DNA from: a virus
Taxonomy: Duplodnaviria > Caudoviricetes
IMG/VR virus record: IMGVR_UViG_3300032295_001098
Coordinates: 30,978-94,977 of that record
Direction: 5' to 3' (one strand)
DNA length: 64,000 bases
Part shown: positions 55,637 through 64,000 of the stretch, piece by piece
Numbering within the stretch: position 1 is the stretch's first letter
How the letters are laid out: the number at the start of each line of letters is the position of its first letter
Position numbers and translations under genes: made by a program
The notes under the pieces: generated by a model
Seen by the model: only the letters and a program-made list of their open reading frames with translations
Databases searched by the model: none
What the model was told of the DNA's origin: nothing

Positions 55637-55906
55637 TTAGTAATCGGTTTTATCAAACTTGAGTTGGAGTTGCGATTCGTCGTTAAAGATTGGGCGTCGT
55701 GGGCGCAATTCTGAGATCAGGGCGGCTGAGTCCTCAATGATCATAATGAGGCTTTTGAGGTCCACAGATACGCTCTCAGGGTCTTCTTCAGAGGTCTGGA
55801 AGACCTTTGGGGAATATGATTCAGTGACCAAGAAAAGGTCATGAACTGCATTAATAAGGCGTCGCTTTTCGGTTGCTTCTAGGTTGTTGATAGTTGGTTT
55901 TGACAT
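55637..55906 (-). CDS. Hypothetical protein (leaderless start MSKPT)
   Basis: TACTAT 7 nt upstream of ATG 55906. Confidence 0.55.
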   Translation of the reverse strand: MSKPTINNLEATEKRRLINAVHDLFLVTESYSPKVFQTSEEDPESVSVDLKSLIMIIEDSAALISELRPRRPIFNDESQLQLKFDKTDY

Positions 55907-55925
55907 GAATTTGATAGTACCACTT

Positions 55926-56168
55926 CTATTTGGTGGCATCAACCCGTCTTTGTAATTCTTCCCAAATATCATCTAGAGCCTTAATGAACTCTGTTACTTC
56001 ACCTTCAGGACCACCGTGATAACGCCAACGGTCAAACGAAGCGCCGAGACCCATGATGGTGGTATCAAACCATTGGAGGAGGGAGGCTCGGTCTAGGTTC
56101 TGTACACGCTTAGGTACATCTCTTCTGGCTGTTTGCTCTTCTTCTTTTTTAAAGAAACCCATCACCAC
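55926..56168 (-). CDS. Hypothetical protein
   Basis: Co-oriented helical ORF. Confidence 0.6.
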   Translation of the reverse strand: MVMGFFKKEEEQTARRDVPKRVQNLDRASLLQWFDTTIMGLGASFDRWRYHGGPEGEVTEFIKALDDIWEELQRRVDATK

Positions 56169-56428
56169 ATTCCAATCTCTTGTGCAGGTGTGTTCATTTC
56201 ACGACCACCTATTGCTTGTAGAACACCGTCTGTTTCATCTTTCATTTGGACACGTTTACAGTAACCTATTTGTAATGTGTGCTTGCGAGTACGCAGTTGA
56301 ATGCCTTTACCATGTCTCCATGGGTAGTCAGTTTCTCTCATAATGCCTATACACATCAAAGGTGTATTGCAATTTGCAAAGTCTCTGGCAATCCAATACA
56401 GGCGTCCAATAGCATGGACCCTATTCAT
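56162..56428 (-). CDS. Hypothetical protein
   Basis: RETDYPWR.GKG..LR pattern. Confidence 0.6.
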   Translation of the reverse strand: MNRVHAIGRLYWIARDFANCNTPLMCIGIMRETDYPWRHGKGIQLRTRKHTLQIGYCKRVQMKDETDGVLQAIGGREMNTPAQEIGMW

Positions 56429-56430
56429 AA

Positions 56431-56886
56431 CTACATCTGAGATTGTACGAAAAACGTGCTCTCTTCATCGCCTGACGCCCTACTGTTTGGAAAGTTATTA
56501 AGTACCGAGTTAATATAGCGCCCTTTTGATTGAGCAGACGCAAACGATTGATAAACATGTTCTGGGACATTCAGGTATTTCCAAGGGGTGCCGTTCTTAA
56601 TAAAGCGAACAAAGAGTATGCCGTTGTAACCAATAGCCCCAGAAGTACCTTCCGTAGCAACATATCGGAAGGCTTCTACACGGCTACTCTCATCAGAGGC
56701 ATGGTAATAAGTGGTATTTGGATCCCATTGAATTGGGATCATTTCTGATGGTTTAAACTTCGTTTCGTTTACACGAGTACGAGTGCGCTCTTCTTGAATA
56801 GCATATTGACCTGAGTAGTAGTTTAATCCCTCAGCAAAACGCTCTTTTGCTGATTTACTTAACCCTGGTTTAGGTCTTGGTGCCAT
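56431..56886 (-). CDS. KTSC-domain protein
   Basis: SSRV..FRY...LFVRF..G..WKYLNVP..VY..FASAQSKGRYIN. Confidence 0.85.
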   Translation of the reverse strand: MAPRPKPGLSKSAKERFAEGLNYYSGQYAIQEERTRTRVNETKFKPSEMIPIQWDPNTTYYHASDESSRVEAFRYVATEGTSGAIGYNGILFVRFIKNGTPWKYLNVPEHVYQSFASAQSKGRYINSVLNNFPNSRASGDEESTFFVQSQM

Positions 56887-56890
56887 TTAT

Positions 56891-57661
56891 TTATTTTAGT
56901 CCTAAAAGTTGCTTTACTTTCGGACCGACTACAGAGTCGGCACCAAGTTTGTTAGCAACCTTAAATGCCTTAACGGCTTCGTCCGTTGCTGAGTCTTTCT
57001 GACCAGTAACTTCACCCTTGTAGAAACCTTTTGCCTTAAGGGCTTCTTGAAGTTTCTTGGTGTCATCCCCACCTGCGGCAGGAGCGGCGGCTGGGGCTTT
57101 ACCTATTGGGGCAACTACGCCGTTAGCGTCCATCCATGCTTTTACTGTTGGAGGAGGATTGTCACCACAGACGTAACGCAAATGCCATGGCTCGCTTGGA
57201 ACAACTTCCCATGAGAAACCAAACTCTTTAACATTTGCAATTAGCCAGTTGAGGCGCTTTGGTTCTGACGCTGAATGAACGTCAACCGCCAAGCCGAGAT
57301 TATGCTGCGATTTACCAGGTGTGGCGAGCATCGCCATACCCTTCTTGAGGTACCAAGTCTTACCTTCAAACGTCTTTGTGCTTTGACCAGGAATTGGCTC
57401 AAGTTGGTAGCGAGAAAGAAATCCTCTTTTTTGCAACTCGTATTCTCTATATGTGTCGCCGCTGGAAGTCGGCTTTAATTCAACGCCCTCAGCCTTTGCC
57501 TTCTCCACCATTGCACTCCACGCACATGCTGCAATCCAATGCATCTTTCCGCCACCAGGAACAGCCTTCAGAAGGTTGGCAGGGAGTTTTCCTGGCTCAA
57601 TACCTTTAAGGTCTTTTGGAAGAACTACTGGAACAATGTAATCCCATGCAAGTTTGCCCAT
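56891..57661 (-). CDS. Endolysin: M15 Zn peptidase plus peptidoglycan-binding domain
   Basis: YR..ELQ, ATPGKSQHNLGLAVD, EPWHL; C-terminal LQEALKAKGFY..T..AVKAF...L.AD.VVGP. Confidence 0.9.
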   Translation of the reverse strand: MGKLAWDYIVPVVLPKDLKGIEPGKLPANLLKAVPGGGKMHWIAACAWSAMVEKAKAEGVELKPTSSGDTYREYELQKRGFLSRYQLEPIPGQSTKTFEGKTWYLKKGMAMLATPGKSQHNLGLAVDVHSASEPKRLNWLIANVKEFGFSWEVVPSEPWHLRYVCGDNPPPTVKAWMDANGVVAPIGKAPAAAPAAGGDDTKKLQEALKAKGFYKGEVTGQKDSATDEAVKAFKVANKLGADSVVGPKVKQLLGLK

Positions 57662-57801
57662 GATTTTCCACCATCTTTCCTGTTAAATACAGTGTTGTCT
57701 TGGCACCATTTTACACCAACACTAGGCAACGGGGACGTAAAGTTCCTCAGATAGTGCCAGAGCCTTGTATTAATTGGGAGATTTAGCCATTTTGCTAATA
57801 A

Positions 57802-58386
57802 CTACTTCATAGTTAGGTTTATATTCAAAACTCTTCTATATGGGTGAACCATAGGATTTGTAGCAGAATGCCATGTCTTTGCTGGAAAGATTACCAATGA
57901 ATTAGCGGATGGAGTTTGACGGTGGATTATCTCTTCTTTATCTTCTGCGTAAAAAACGGTATCACCGTCAACTGAATCAAAGTAAAAAACCCCAGTAAAC
58001 ATTTTGTCAATATCATCCAAGTGTCGTTCCCTATCAACATGCGGTCTTGGTGGAGGCGTCTTGTTGTAGTTTTCCATAAGGTTTAAGTGCATTGAATAAA
58101 CGTTACTTATTTCCGAATTTAACTTATCTGCCATAATCCATGCAATCGGTAAAAATAACTGCACCCAATCTGAATTACTTTCTCCATCCTTTATCAAACT
58201 ATGTCTAAAGCCATGGTTGATAGAGTCTGTATTATTCTTTGAGCCATACGTTGTGTCTGGTTGAAAGAACCATGGAAAGTTTGGCGATGAAATGGCATCT
58301 AGGCCATTTTTAAAATGCGTTGGACTTAAAAGATTACTAAAAAATCTAATATTCTCCGACAATGATCCATTCCAATTTTGATTCAT
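57802..58386 (-). CDS. 2OG-Fe(II) oxygenase
   Basis: FPWF, PHVD, DGDTVF, P.ANSLVIFP...WHS...RRVLNIN; AT-rich. Confidence 0.85.
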   Translation of the reverse strand: MNQNWNGSLSENIRFFSNLLSPTHFKNGLDAISSPNFPWFFQPDTTYGSKNNTDSINHGFRHSLIKDGESNSDWVQLFLPIAWIMADKLNSEISNVYSMHLNLMENYNKTPPPRPHVDRERHLDDIDKMFTGVFYFDSVDGDTVFYAEDKEEIIHRQTPSANSLVIFPAKTWHSATNPMVHPYRRVLNINLTMK

Positions 58387-58711
58387 CCCAGTTATAGATT
58401 ACCCCCTCAATAGGGTTTTCATTCGCTTTAGGTGGTACCCAGTCGTTATTTTCATTAAGAGTCCAGGATGGGTATGGTTGAAATCTAACGAATTCATCCC
58501 TAATCTCATCATAGGAAAACCCAATACTTGGATATTCCTTACGGATTCTGTTATTGAAAGAACATTGTACCCAGCGGCCTTGTTTTATTGTATTGCAAAA
58601 ATCAATACCCTTCTGTTCGTTTTCAACACCATCAAGCAATAATTCGTTATTGTGAACAGCAATAAGATTTATTACAATATTGTTTTCGTCTAGTTCTGCA
58701 AAATAAGCCAT
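58346..58711 (-). CDS. Fibre-associated small virion protein (start 58711)
   Basis: MAYFAELDENNIV...WVQCSFNNRIRK.Y..IG..YD...D.F...QPYPSW.L...W.PP...WDE. Confidence 0.75.
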   Translation of the reverse strand: MAYFAELDENNIVINLIAVHNNELLLDGVENEQKGIDFCNTIKQGRWVQCSFNNRIRKEYPSIGFSYDEIRDEFVRFQPYPSWTLNENNDWVPPKANENPIEGVIYNWDESKLEWIIVGEY

Positions 58712-60303
58712 TAGAATGTAATACTCCCTGAGCCAGTCCAAACATAAACATGAAAGCCAGCACGAGATGTGGTGCTGTATGAAGGACTTCCAGTCGTTGC
58801 TACAGCAGGGGCGAATGTAGTTGAATAAGCAATAACACATTCGCCACCACCGCCAGCGCCCGTGCCACCACCGCCCCAAACGTTAGCATCGGCAGAACCT
58901 CCGCCTCCGCCTCCACCTACACCATTGCCGCCAGATATAAGACCGTTGGCTACTCCTGCGGCTCCCCCTGATCCATAACTTGCACCATACCCAGCACCAG
59001 TTCTGACTGCACCACCACCGCCACCGCCCCACCCAACAGTTGTGCCTCTTATGGTTGGAGCAGCAGAGGTACCACCAGTACCAACACCGCCGTTGTAACC
59101 TCCACCGTTTCCGTTTCCTGTAATGGAATAACCCAAACCAGTGGCTGTAACTGTTGCGCCAAGAGCCGCACTAGATGTAGCACCTTGTCCTCCAACGGTT
59201 ATTGTGTATGCAACACCTGACGACACTGGGGTACTGAGGTTTGCAGTAGAAGCACCACCGCCACCGCCTCTATAGCCAACAGGTGTGAATTGCCAAAATT
59301 CTCCCTGGCTGCCACCTGCTCCAACAAGAACCTCAACAGAAGTTGGAGCGGGTCTATTAGTGGTTGCGTTAACTCCAGCAGATTGCGGTCCTACTCCATA
59401 CGAGTTTTTTGCTCTTACATAAAAAGTGTAAGTAGTATTTGCCGTTAATCCAGTAACGGTTATTGGGCTTGCTGTTGTGTTGTTCCAAGAGTTTGTTTGC
59501 CCTGCAACATACAAATCCCAACCAGTCACCGTACCGCAACCAGTAGCCGTAAATGAAACTACTACTGATGTGGCGGTAACAGTTCCAATGGTAATAACTG
59601 GTGTACATGTAGGAACACCCTGTGTCGTAAACGACACGCCAGTTGAACCTGGACCAACACCATAAGAGTTAACTCCACGAAGATATACGGTGTAAGGCGT
59701 GTTTTGATTAAGCCCAGGAACAGTTACAGGACTTACAGCGTCTGCTGGTGACAAAGCAGTCCATGTTGAGTTATTAAACGAATACTCATAGTTGGTTAGA
59801 GCAGTACTGCTTGCGGCGGCAGTAAAGGATATCGCCGCAGATGTGTTTACTGGAATTGCCGAAAGGGTCGTAGGAGCCGATGTTGGGACACCTTGTGAAG
59901 TAAATGAAACAGGTGCTGACTCAACGGCACTAACGCCGACATCATTTACAGCCTTTAATTTAATTAGGTAAGCAGTATTTTGTGTAAGACCAGTAACTGT
60001 AATTGGAGAAACACCATCTGCGGGAGACAACGCAGTATACGCACTATAAGTAGACCCGCCGTTTGTTGAGATTGCGTACTGATAGTTGGTAATAGTTGCG
60101 CCACCAGTATCAGTTGGGGCAGTAAATGCAATGCTTACAGATGTGTTAGCAGGTGTTGCTGATAGGGAAGTTGGGGCATTTTGGGGGGCGCTAACGCCAA
60201 CCCATATTGAATGTACTTGCCCAGAATTAGTACGAATACCACGAGGACTTAAATGGGTAGCAACTTGCTTCCCACCCTCAGTTTTCCTATTAAACGCTAC
60301 CAT
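58711..60303 (-). CDS. Virion protein with three FN3 repeats and a glycine-rich C-terminal domain
   Basis: Repeated APT.LSA.P.NTS..I.FT...TNY.Y...SP.TV.GL..NT.Y..A.N..G; GGGGG tracts. Confidence 0.85.
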   Translation of the reverse strand: MVAFNRKTEGGKQVATHLSPRGIRTNSGQVHSIWVGVSAPQNAPTSLSATPANTSVSIAFTAPTDTGGATITNYQYAISTNGGSTYSAYTALSPADGVSPITVTGLTQNTAYLIKLKAVNDVGVSAVESAPVSFTSQGVPTSAPTTLSAIPVNTSAAISFTAAASSTALTNYEYSFNNSTWTALSPADAVSPVTVPGLNQNTPYTVYLRGVNSYGVGPGSTGVSFTTQGVPTCTPVITIGTVTATSVVVSFTATGCGTVTGWDLYVAGQTNSWNNTTASPITVTGLTANTTYTFYVRAKNSYGVGPQSAGVNATTNRPAPTSVEVLVGAGGSQGEFWQFTPVGYRGGGGGASTANLSTPVSSGVAYTITVGGQGATSSAALGATVTATGLGYSITGNGNGGGYNGGVGTGGTSAAPTIRGTTVGWGGGGGGAVRTGAGYGASYGSGGAAGVANGLISGGNGVGGGGGGGSADANVWGGGGTGAGGGGECVIAYSTTFAPAVATTGSPSYSTTSRAGFHVYVWTGSGSITF

Positions 60304-60312
60304 GACAGCGCC

Positions 60313-60660
60313 TTAAGCGATTCGGTTAACGTATCCGCTTATCTGAATTGCGTTAGCGGCGGCAGCACAATAAGCACGAACAACCGTTCCACCAGTCAAG
60401 ATAAGACCTGGAACAATTAAGTACAAACCGTTTTGTGCTTTAACGGTGAACTCAATGTCGTCATCTGTTGCCGTTGTTCCGCCCCATTGAATAGTAAGCA
60501 AGCGATCCGTTGCGGTGTCGTTAACGGCATATAGCCAAATCTCATCCAATGCGGTTGCGTGGGCTGTGTGGATAAGCGTTCCAGCGGAGGCTGTTGCCAC
60601 AACCTTGATCTGCCTACCGTTTGTTGAACCGCTAAGGGTTGTTTTGCTATAGGTTGCCAT
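60313..60660 (-). CDS. Small beta-rich virion adaptor protein
   Basis: LSGSTNGR.IKVVAT..GTLIHT..DEIWLYA...PGLIL...GYVNRI. Confidence 0.65.
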   Translation of the reverse strand: MATYSKTTLSGSTNGRQIKVVATASAGTLIHTAHATALDEIWLYAVNDTATDRLLTIQWGGTTATDDDIEFTVKAQNGLYLIVPGLILTGGTVVRAYCAAAANAIQISGYVNRIA

Positions 60661-60668
60661 GGTTGCGC

Positions 60669-61022
60669 CTAACTGAAGAGTTGCTTACTAATAATTGCTT
60701 GGTCACTAGCCCAAACGTCTGCATCAATCTTATCAAGAGTAACAGATCCTGTGGCTAACTTACCCGAGGTAACAGACCCTGTACCTAATTTACCTGCGGT
60801 AACAGCCCCAGTACCTAACTTACCTTCGGTAACTGATCCTGAACCTAACTTATCTGCAGTAACAGCCCCCGTGGCTAACTTGTCTTCGGTAACAGACCCT
60901 GTTCCTATTGATTGGGCGCTTTGAACAAGGCTCCAAGACACGCCGTCATATTGCCAAGTGGTGTTCCCAGAGGTAAAGGTGTCATTAACCGATGGGGAGT
61001 TGGGGAAATCAATCGCTGGCAT
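60669..61022 (-). CDS. Short fibre protein with 10-aa repeats
   Basis: AIDFPNSP N-domain; G[SA]VTxxKL repeats; ends DQAIISKQLFS. Confidence 0.75.
   Translation of the reverse strand: MPAIDFPNSPSVNDTFTSGNTTWQYDGVSWSLVQSAQSIGTGSVTEDKLATGAVTADKLGSGSVTEGKLGTGAVTAGKLGTGSVTSGKLATGSVTLDKIDADVWASDQAIISKQLFS
60721..60900. repeat. Six 30-bp coding tandem repeats
   Basis: GSVTEDKLAT/GAVTADKLGS/GSVTEGKLGT/GAVTAGKLGT/GSVTSGKLAT/GSVTLDKIDA. Confidence 0.85.
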
Positions 61023-61179
61023 CAGGGTTCCATTCTTCTGGAGTGTTACCTTCTTCTAACCACGCTAGGTATTGTTGGTAATCGGAGTTAGCAGGGTCGG
61101 TTGGAATAATTGCGTTATCTTCCAATCTCCGAACTTGGTTCATAGGACCCCAAGGGGCGTCAGGAAATAGTCTGTACAT
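61009..61179 (-). CDS. 56-aa fibre partner/chaperone, copy 1 (not in ORF track)
   Basis: [28 protein letters not shown]. Confidence 0.8.
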   Translation of the reverse strand: MYRLFPDAPWGPMNQVRRLEDNAIIPTDPANSDYQQYLAWLEEGNTPEEWNPDASD

Positions 61180-62667
61180 TTATAGTTCTGCCGATGCTGT
61201 GTAAGCAATAAAAATAGTAAAATATCCCGTAGATGTGCTACCACCAACGGATGCCGCTAGGTTAAATCCGTTTTGATTTATCTGTTGGGCTGATACATAT
61301 CCAACGGCTGTAGAACCGTCACCGTTTGTTACATTTGAAGCCGCCGCCGTACTGCCCGTAGCAGGGGCATATTGAACTACGGTAGGGGTTGCTCTTTTAG
61401 GAACCTTGAAGAAAACACCTGAACCAAAACGATTGTAAGCGGCTGGGGTATTGGTATAAATACCTAAACCTATTGATTCGTTCAATGTAGAAGCAGTCCC
61501 AGGGGTTGTTTCAATGTTGTATGACTTTTCAAAGTATCGTTGGCATTTCCGCAAAGTGGTTCCGAAGTCTTCAAACTCAAATGGTGTAGCAACAGAACCT
61601 TCTTCAAGTTGAATACCAGTAATCTCAAAATAGTCAGATGCCCCAGCAGTACCAACAGGGATAAAGCCTATTTGTATTCCTATCTCGGTTGCTGTTGCCG
61701 CTATTGCACAAGTCACACTGAATCTCTGCCAAGATGTAGTTAGTGTTGGACCAATACCACCAGCGTTTGTCAAACCAGTATATGCACTACCACCAAAATT
61801 GCTTTGGTCTGTCCCTGTTCCAGTAAAAACATTTACACCCAAAGAAGTTGCACTAGAAATTCCCGAACTTGCACGAGCATAAAAAGACAAGGTAGCATTT
61901 TTCCCTGCAAAACGAACCGAGTTTGCTGTTTCTAACGGGGAAAAGAAAACCGATGAAACGATACTAGTTTGACCTGCTGTACGCTGAATGCGAGCGCAAT
62001 ACTGAAACTGGGGCAAAGTAGAACCACAAGGCTGTCGGCTAATAGTCGTTGTGAATCCGTTGTTATAAAACCACCAACGGTCAGGACCCACATAACTACC
62101 ACCACCTAAACCAAGAGTTCCTGAGGTTGTGCCTCTCTGCCATACATTCATTGCACCATTAATAAACGCATTGCGGTTTGATGTAACAGCAGTTGTCGCT
62201 GTCAGTTTAGAATCCAGTTGTGTCTGGATAGAAGAAGTAACACCGTCTACATATCCGATTTCGGTAGATGAAACAGTACCAATAGAAGTTGTAGAAGGGA
62301 GTGTGACCGTGCCTGTAAACGTAGGGCCTGCTAATGGAGCCTTAAGATCAAGGGCGGTTTGTTGTGCTGTGGATACAGGTTTTGCCGTGTCTGCCGTGTT
62401 GTCTACAGACCCTAAGCCCACCATTGACTTAGTTATTCCAGCAACTGTCCCTGTAAATGTTGGTGAGGCAATGTTTGCTGGTGTATACCCAATGTTGGTT
62501 ACAGCGGCTCCTGAAGCAAGTTTTGCCCCAGTAATAGACGCATTAGCAATACTTAGATTGGCAGGTGTCTGGACAATATCCCAAGACGTGCCGTTAAAAG
62601 TCCAAGCCTTATCATTTGACTCAAAGTAATCATTAAGTGCTGGGGAGTTAGGGAAATCAATCGCCAT
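61180..62667 (-). CDS. Tail fibre / receptor-binding protein
   Basis: AIDFPNSP; VGLGSVDNTAD..KPVSTAQQ; RN..INGAMNVWQRG; [14 protein letters not shown]...CQRYF. Confidence 0.8.
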   Translation of the reverse strand: MAIDFPNSPALNDYFESNDKAWTFNGTSWDIVQTPANLSIANASITGAKLASGAAVTNIGYTPANIASPTFTGTVAGITKSMVGLGSVDNTADTAKPVSTAQQTALDLKAPLAGPTFTGTVTLPSTTSIGTVSSTEIGYVDGVTSSIQTQLDSKLTATTAVTSNRNAFINGAMNVWQRGTTSGTLGLGGGSYVGPDRWWFYNNGFTTTISRQPCGSTLPQFQYCARIQRTAGQTSIVSSVFFSPLETANSVRFAGKNATLSFYARASSGISSATSLGVNVFTGTGTDQSNFGGSAYTGLTNAGGIGPTLTTSWQRFSVTCAIAATATEIGIQIGFIPVGTAGASDYFEITGIQLEEGSVATPFEFEDFGTTLRKCQRYFEKSYNIETTPGTASTLNESIGLGIYTNTPAAYNRFGSGVFFKVPKRATPTVVQYAPATGSTAAASNVTNGDGSTAVGYVSAQQINQNGFNLAASVGGSTSTGYFTIFIAYTASAEL

Positions 62668-62824
62668 TAGGGTTCCATTCCTCTGCTACGTTGCCTTGAT
62701 CTACCCACGCTAAATACTGTTGATAATCAGAGTTTGCTTCATCCAATGGAATATATGCATAGTCTTCCATTCTTGCAATACAAGTTACCTCATTGGTAAG
62801 CGTACTTTTAACAATTTGATACAT
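62657..62824 (-). CDS. 55-aa fibre partner/chaperone, copy 2 (not in ORF track)
   Basis: [28 protein letters not shown]. Confidence 0.8.
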   Translation of the reverse strand: MYQIVKSTLTNEVTCIARMEDYAYIPLDEANSDYQQYLAWVDQGNVAEEWNPNGD

Positions 62825-62826
62825 AA

Positions 62827-63885
62827 TTACAACTCTATTGCTGCTTGAAAGTTGAATTGTGCGCCAGCAATCCCAGTAAACCCTGTACCCTGAAGACTGG
62901 AAAAACCATTAGTTGTGATTGACCCAATTCCAGACACGGTTCCAGAACCTCCACCAATCAAAGCAACAGTGTTTATCGTATCTCCATTGTATATTGTGAC
63001 CGTTGGTGCGGCTCGCATTGGAACGGGGAAAAATGCGGAACCAGCAAGATTGGTTGAGTTTACGTTAAAAAACGAAGTCCCAAAGCCAGAAATTCTTGCA
63101 AGAAAGTAACGCTGACATTTGGCAAGTGTTGTTTGATAGTGTTCAAATTCAAACGGAGTTGCCACCGAGCCAGTCTCTAATTGGATACCTGCAACCATAA
63201 AGTAATCTGACGATGTGTATGACTGGCTATTAGCAAAACCAACATCAACAAAACAACCATGAGCATTGTCGGCAGTAGTCCAGGCAGTGATATTGCTAAA
63301 CGATGTTGCAGTAAGACTGATTTTTGTCCATGTATTGGCAACAACCGTAAAAGCAGTTTGTATGTCTTGTCCACCTGTTGCTAGGTAAGCAGCGACACGA
63401 CCCTTAACTGAAGTTTTAGATGACTTAATCCAAAAAGACAAAGTAACAGATTTGCCAACAAACCGCTTGACATCTTGAACTTCTAGCCATGTTCTTAAAA
63501 CATATTCAGCAGTAGAAAAAGTTGATGGTGCCGCAAACTTCAAAGAGTACGAAAAGTCTTTTGACGGAACATCTGTATCTCTTGTTATGTTGGATGTAAC
63601 CGCACCATAAGAGTTTGTCCATCTATCGGCAGTGTATGCACCAGGTGCTACAGCAGAAAAAGAAGTTCCTCGTTGCCAAACCTTAAAGTCACCATTAATA
63701 ATTACATTTCTACCACCAGCGATAGGAGCAAGAACAGTCCACTGTGTACCATCCCATACAGCCGTTTGATCTACATCAGTCATGTATATGACTTGACCGT
63801 CAAACGGTGACGCAGGACGAGTAGATGACGTACAGACACCAGGCTTAACAATTGACTGTGCGCCAACAACACTAGATAGTGGCAT
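62827..63885 (-). CDS. Tail fibre / receptor-binding protein paralogue (start MPLSS)
   Basis: [18 protein letters not shown]; [15 protein letters not shown]; [14 protein letters not shown]...CQRYF. Confidence 0.8.
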   Translation of the reverse strand: MPLSSVVGAQSIVKPGVCTSSTRPASPFDGQVIYMTDVDQTAVWDGTQWTVLAPIAGGRNVIINGDFKVWQRGTSFSAVAPGAYTADRWTNSYGAVTSNITRDTDVPSKDFSYSLKFAAPSTFSTAEYVLRTWLEVQDVKRFVGKSVTLSFWIKSSKTSVKGRVAAYLATGGQDIQTAFTVVANTWTKISLTATSFSNITAWTTADNAHGCFVDVGFANSQSYTSSDYFMVAGIQLETGSVATPFEFEHYQTTLAKCQRYFLARISGFGTSFFNVNSTNLAGSAFFPVPMRAAPTVTIYNGDTINTVALIGGGSGTVSGIGSITTNGFSSLQGTGFTGIAGAQFNFQAAIEL

Positions 63886-64000
63886 CTGGACTCCATTCTT
63901 CGGCGGTGTTACCTTCAGCAACCCATGCTAGGTATTGCTGGTAGTCAGAGTTAGCAGGGTCTTGTGGTATCCATGCCCCATCGCTTCTCCTAATAGAAGT
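63872..64000 (-). CDS. Fibre partner/chaperone, copy 3 (5'-truncated by the window edge)
   Basis: [29 protein letters not shown]. Confidence 0.8.
   Translation of the reverse strand, partial: TSIRRSDGAWIPQDPANSDYQQYLAWVAEGNTAEEWSPDATI

Larger units (their letters stand above)
1..64000. mobile_element. Bacteriophage genome segment (contractile-tailed, probably infecting Actinobacteria)
   Basis: Terminase, portal, capsid, sheath, tube, baseplate, tape measure, endolysin and a complete replisome; dense co-oriented genes; WhiB genes; no host housekeeping operons. Confidence 0.97.

Noticed and set aside
57662-57801. Intergenic gap upstream of the endolysin as a tRNA or riboswitch
   Set aside because: No cloverleaf or recognisable aptamer; only a probable TAAAAT -10 box and weak pairing
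60721-60900. 30-bp tandem repeats as a regulatory or DGR element
   Set aside because: They are in-frame fibre-shaft repeats; no reverse transcriptase or adenine-specific TR/VR pair was seen
483-63374. Numerous plus-strand and alternate-frame ORFs in the track (e.g. 483-764, 6893-7372, 46091-46552, 62129-62629, and minus-strand 25147-25470)
   Set aside because: They are shadows of well-supported genes and have no motifs or translation signals
1-64000. Stop-codon reassignment
   Set aside because: Core genes are full length in the standard code and TAA, TAG and TGA are all used as stops

Overview
This window is about 64 kb of a tailed dsDNA phage genome (Caudoviricetes, contractile-tail myovirus), encoded almost entirely on the minus strand. 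No host chromosome, tRNA, rRNA, CRISPR array or integrase was recognised. Two WhiB-family genes and many apparently leaderless TANNNT-N6/7-start promoters point to an actinobacterial host (inference). The modules from left to right are: (1) accessory and regulatory genes (WhiB x2, glycosyltransferase, membrane-anchored lytic transglycosylase, DUF6378-like, degenerate TGT/DpdA-like protein); (2) about 13 small Gly/Pro/Lys-rich orphan genes ending in a clear SpoVS homologue; (3) recombination and replication genes (Hjc-like resolvase, clavaminate-synthase-like dioxygenase, Cas4-like nuclease, RecA, Pol A, SSB, SNF2, primase, DnaB, DnaC, and an HTH initiator with four internal palindromic iterons that probably mark the origin); (4) a divergent plus-strand island with a structured ncRNA candidate whose loop carries the anti-Shine-Dalgarno sequence CCUCCUUUCU; (5) baseplate, tape measure (M15 peptidase + SLT), tail chaperone with an apparent +1 frameshift, tube, sheath, neck, capsid, scaffold and portal; (6) proteasome-beta/HslV-like protease, metallophosphoesterase, terminase, KTSC and endolysin; (7) tandem fibre-plus-small-partner cassettes. 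All calls come from motif recognition by eye. No database searches were run.
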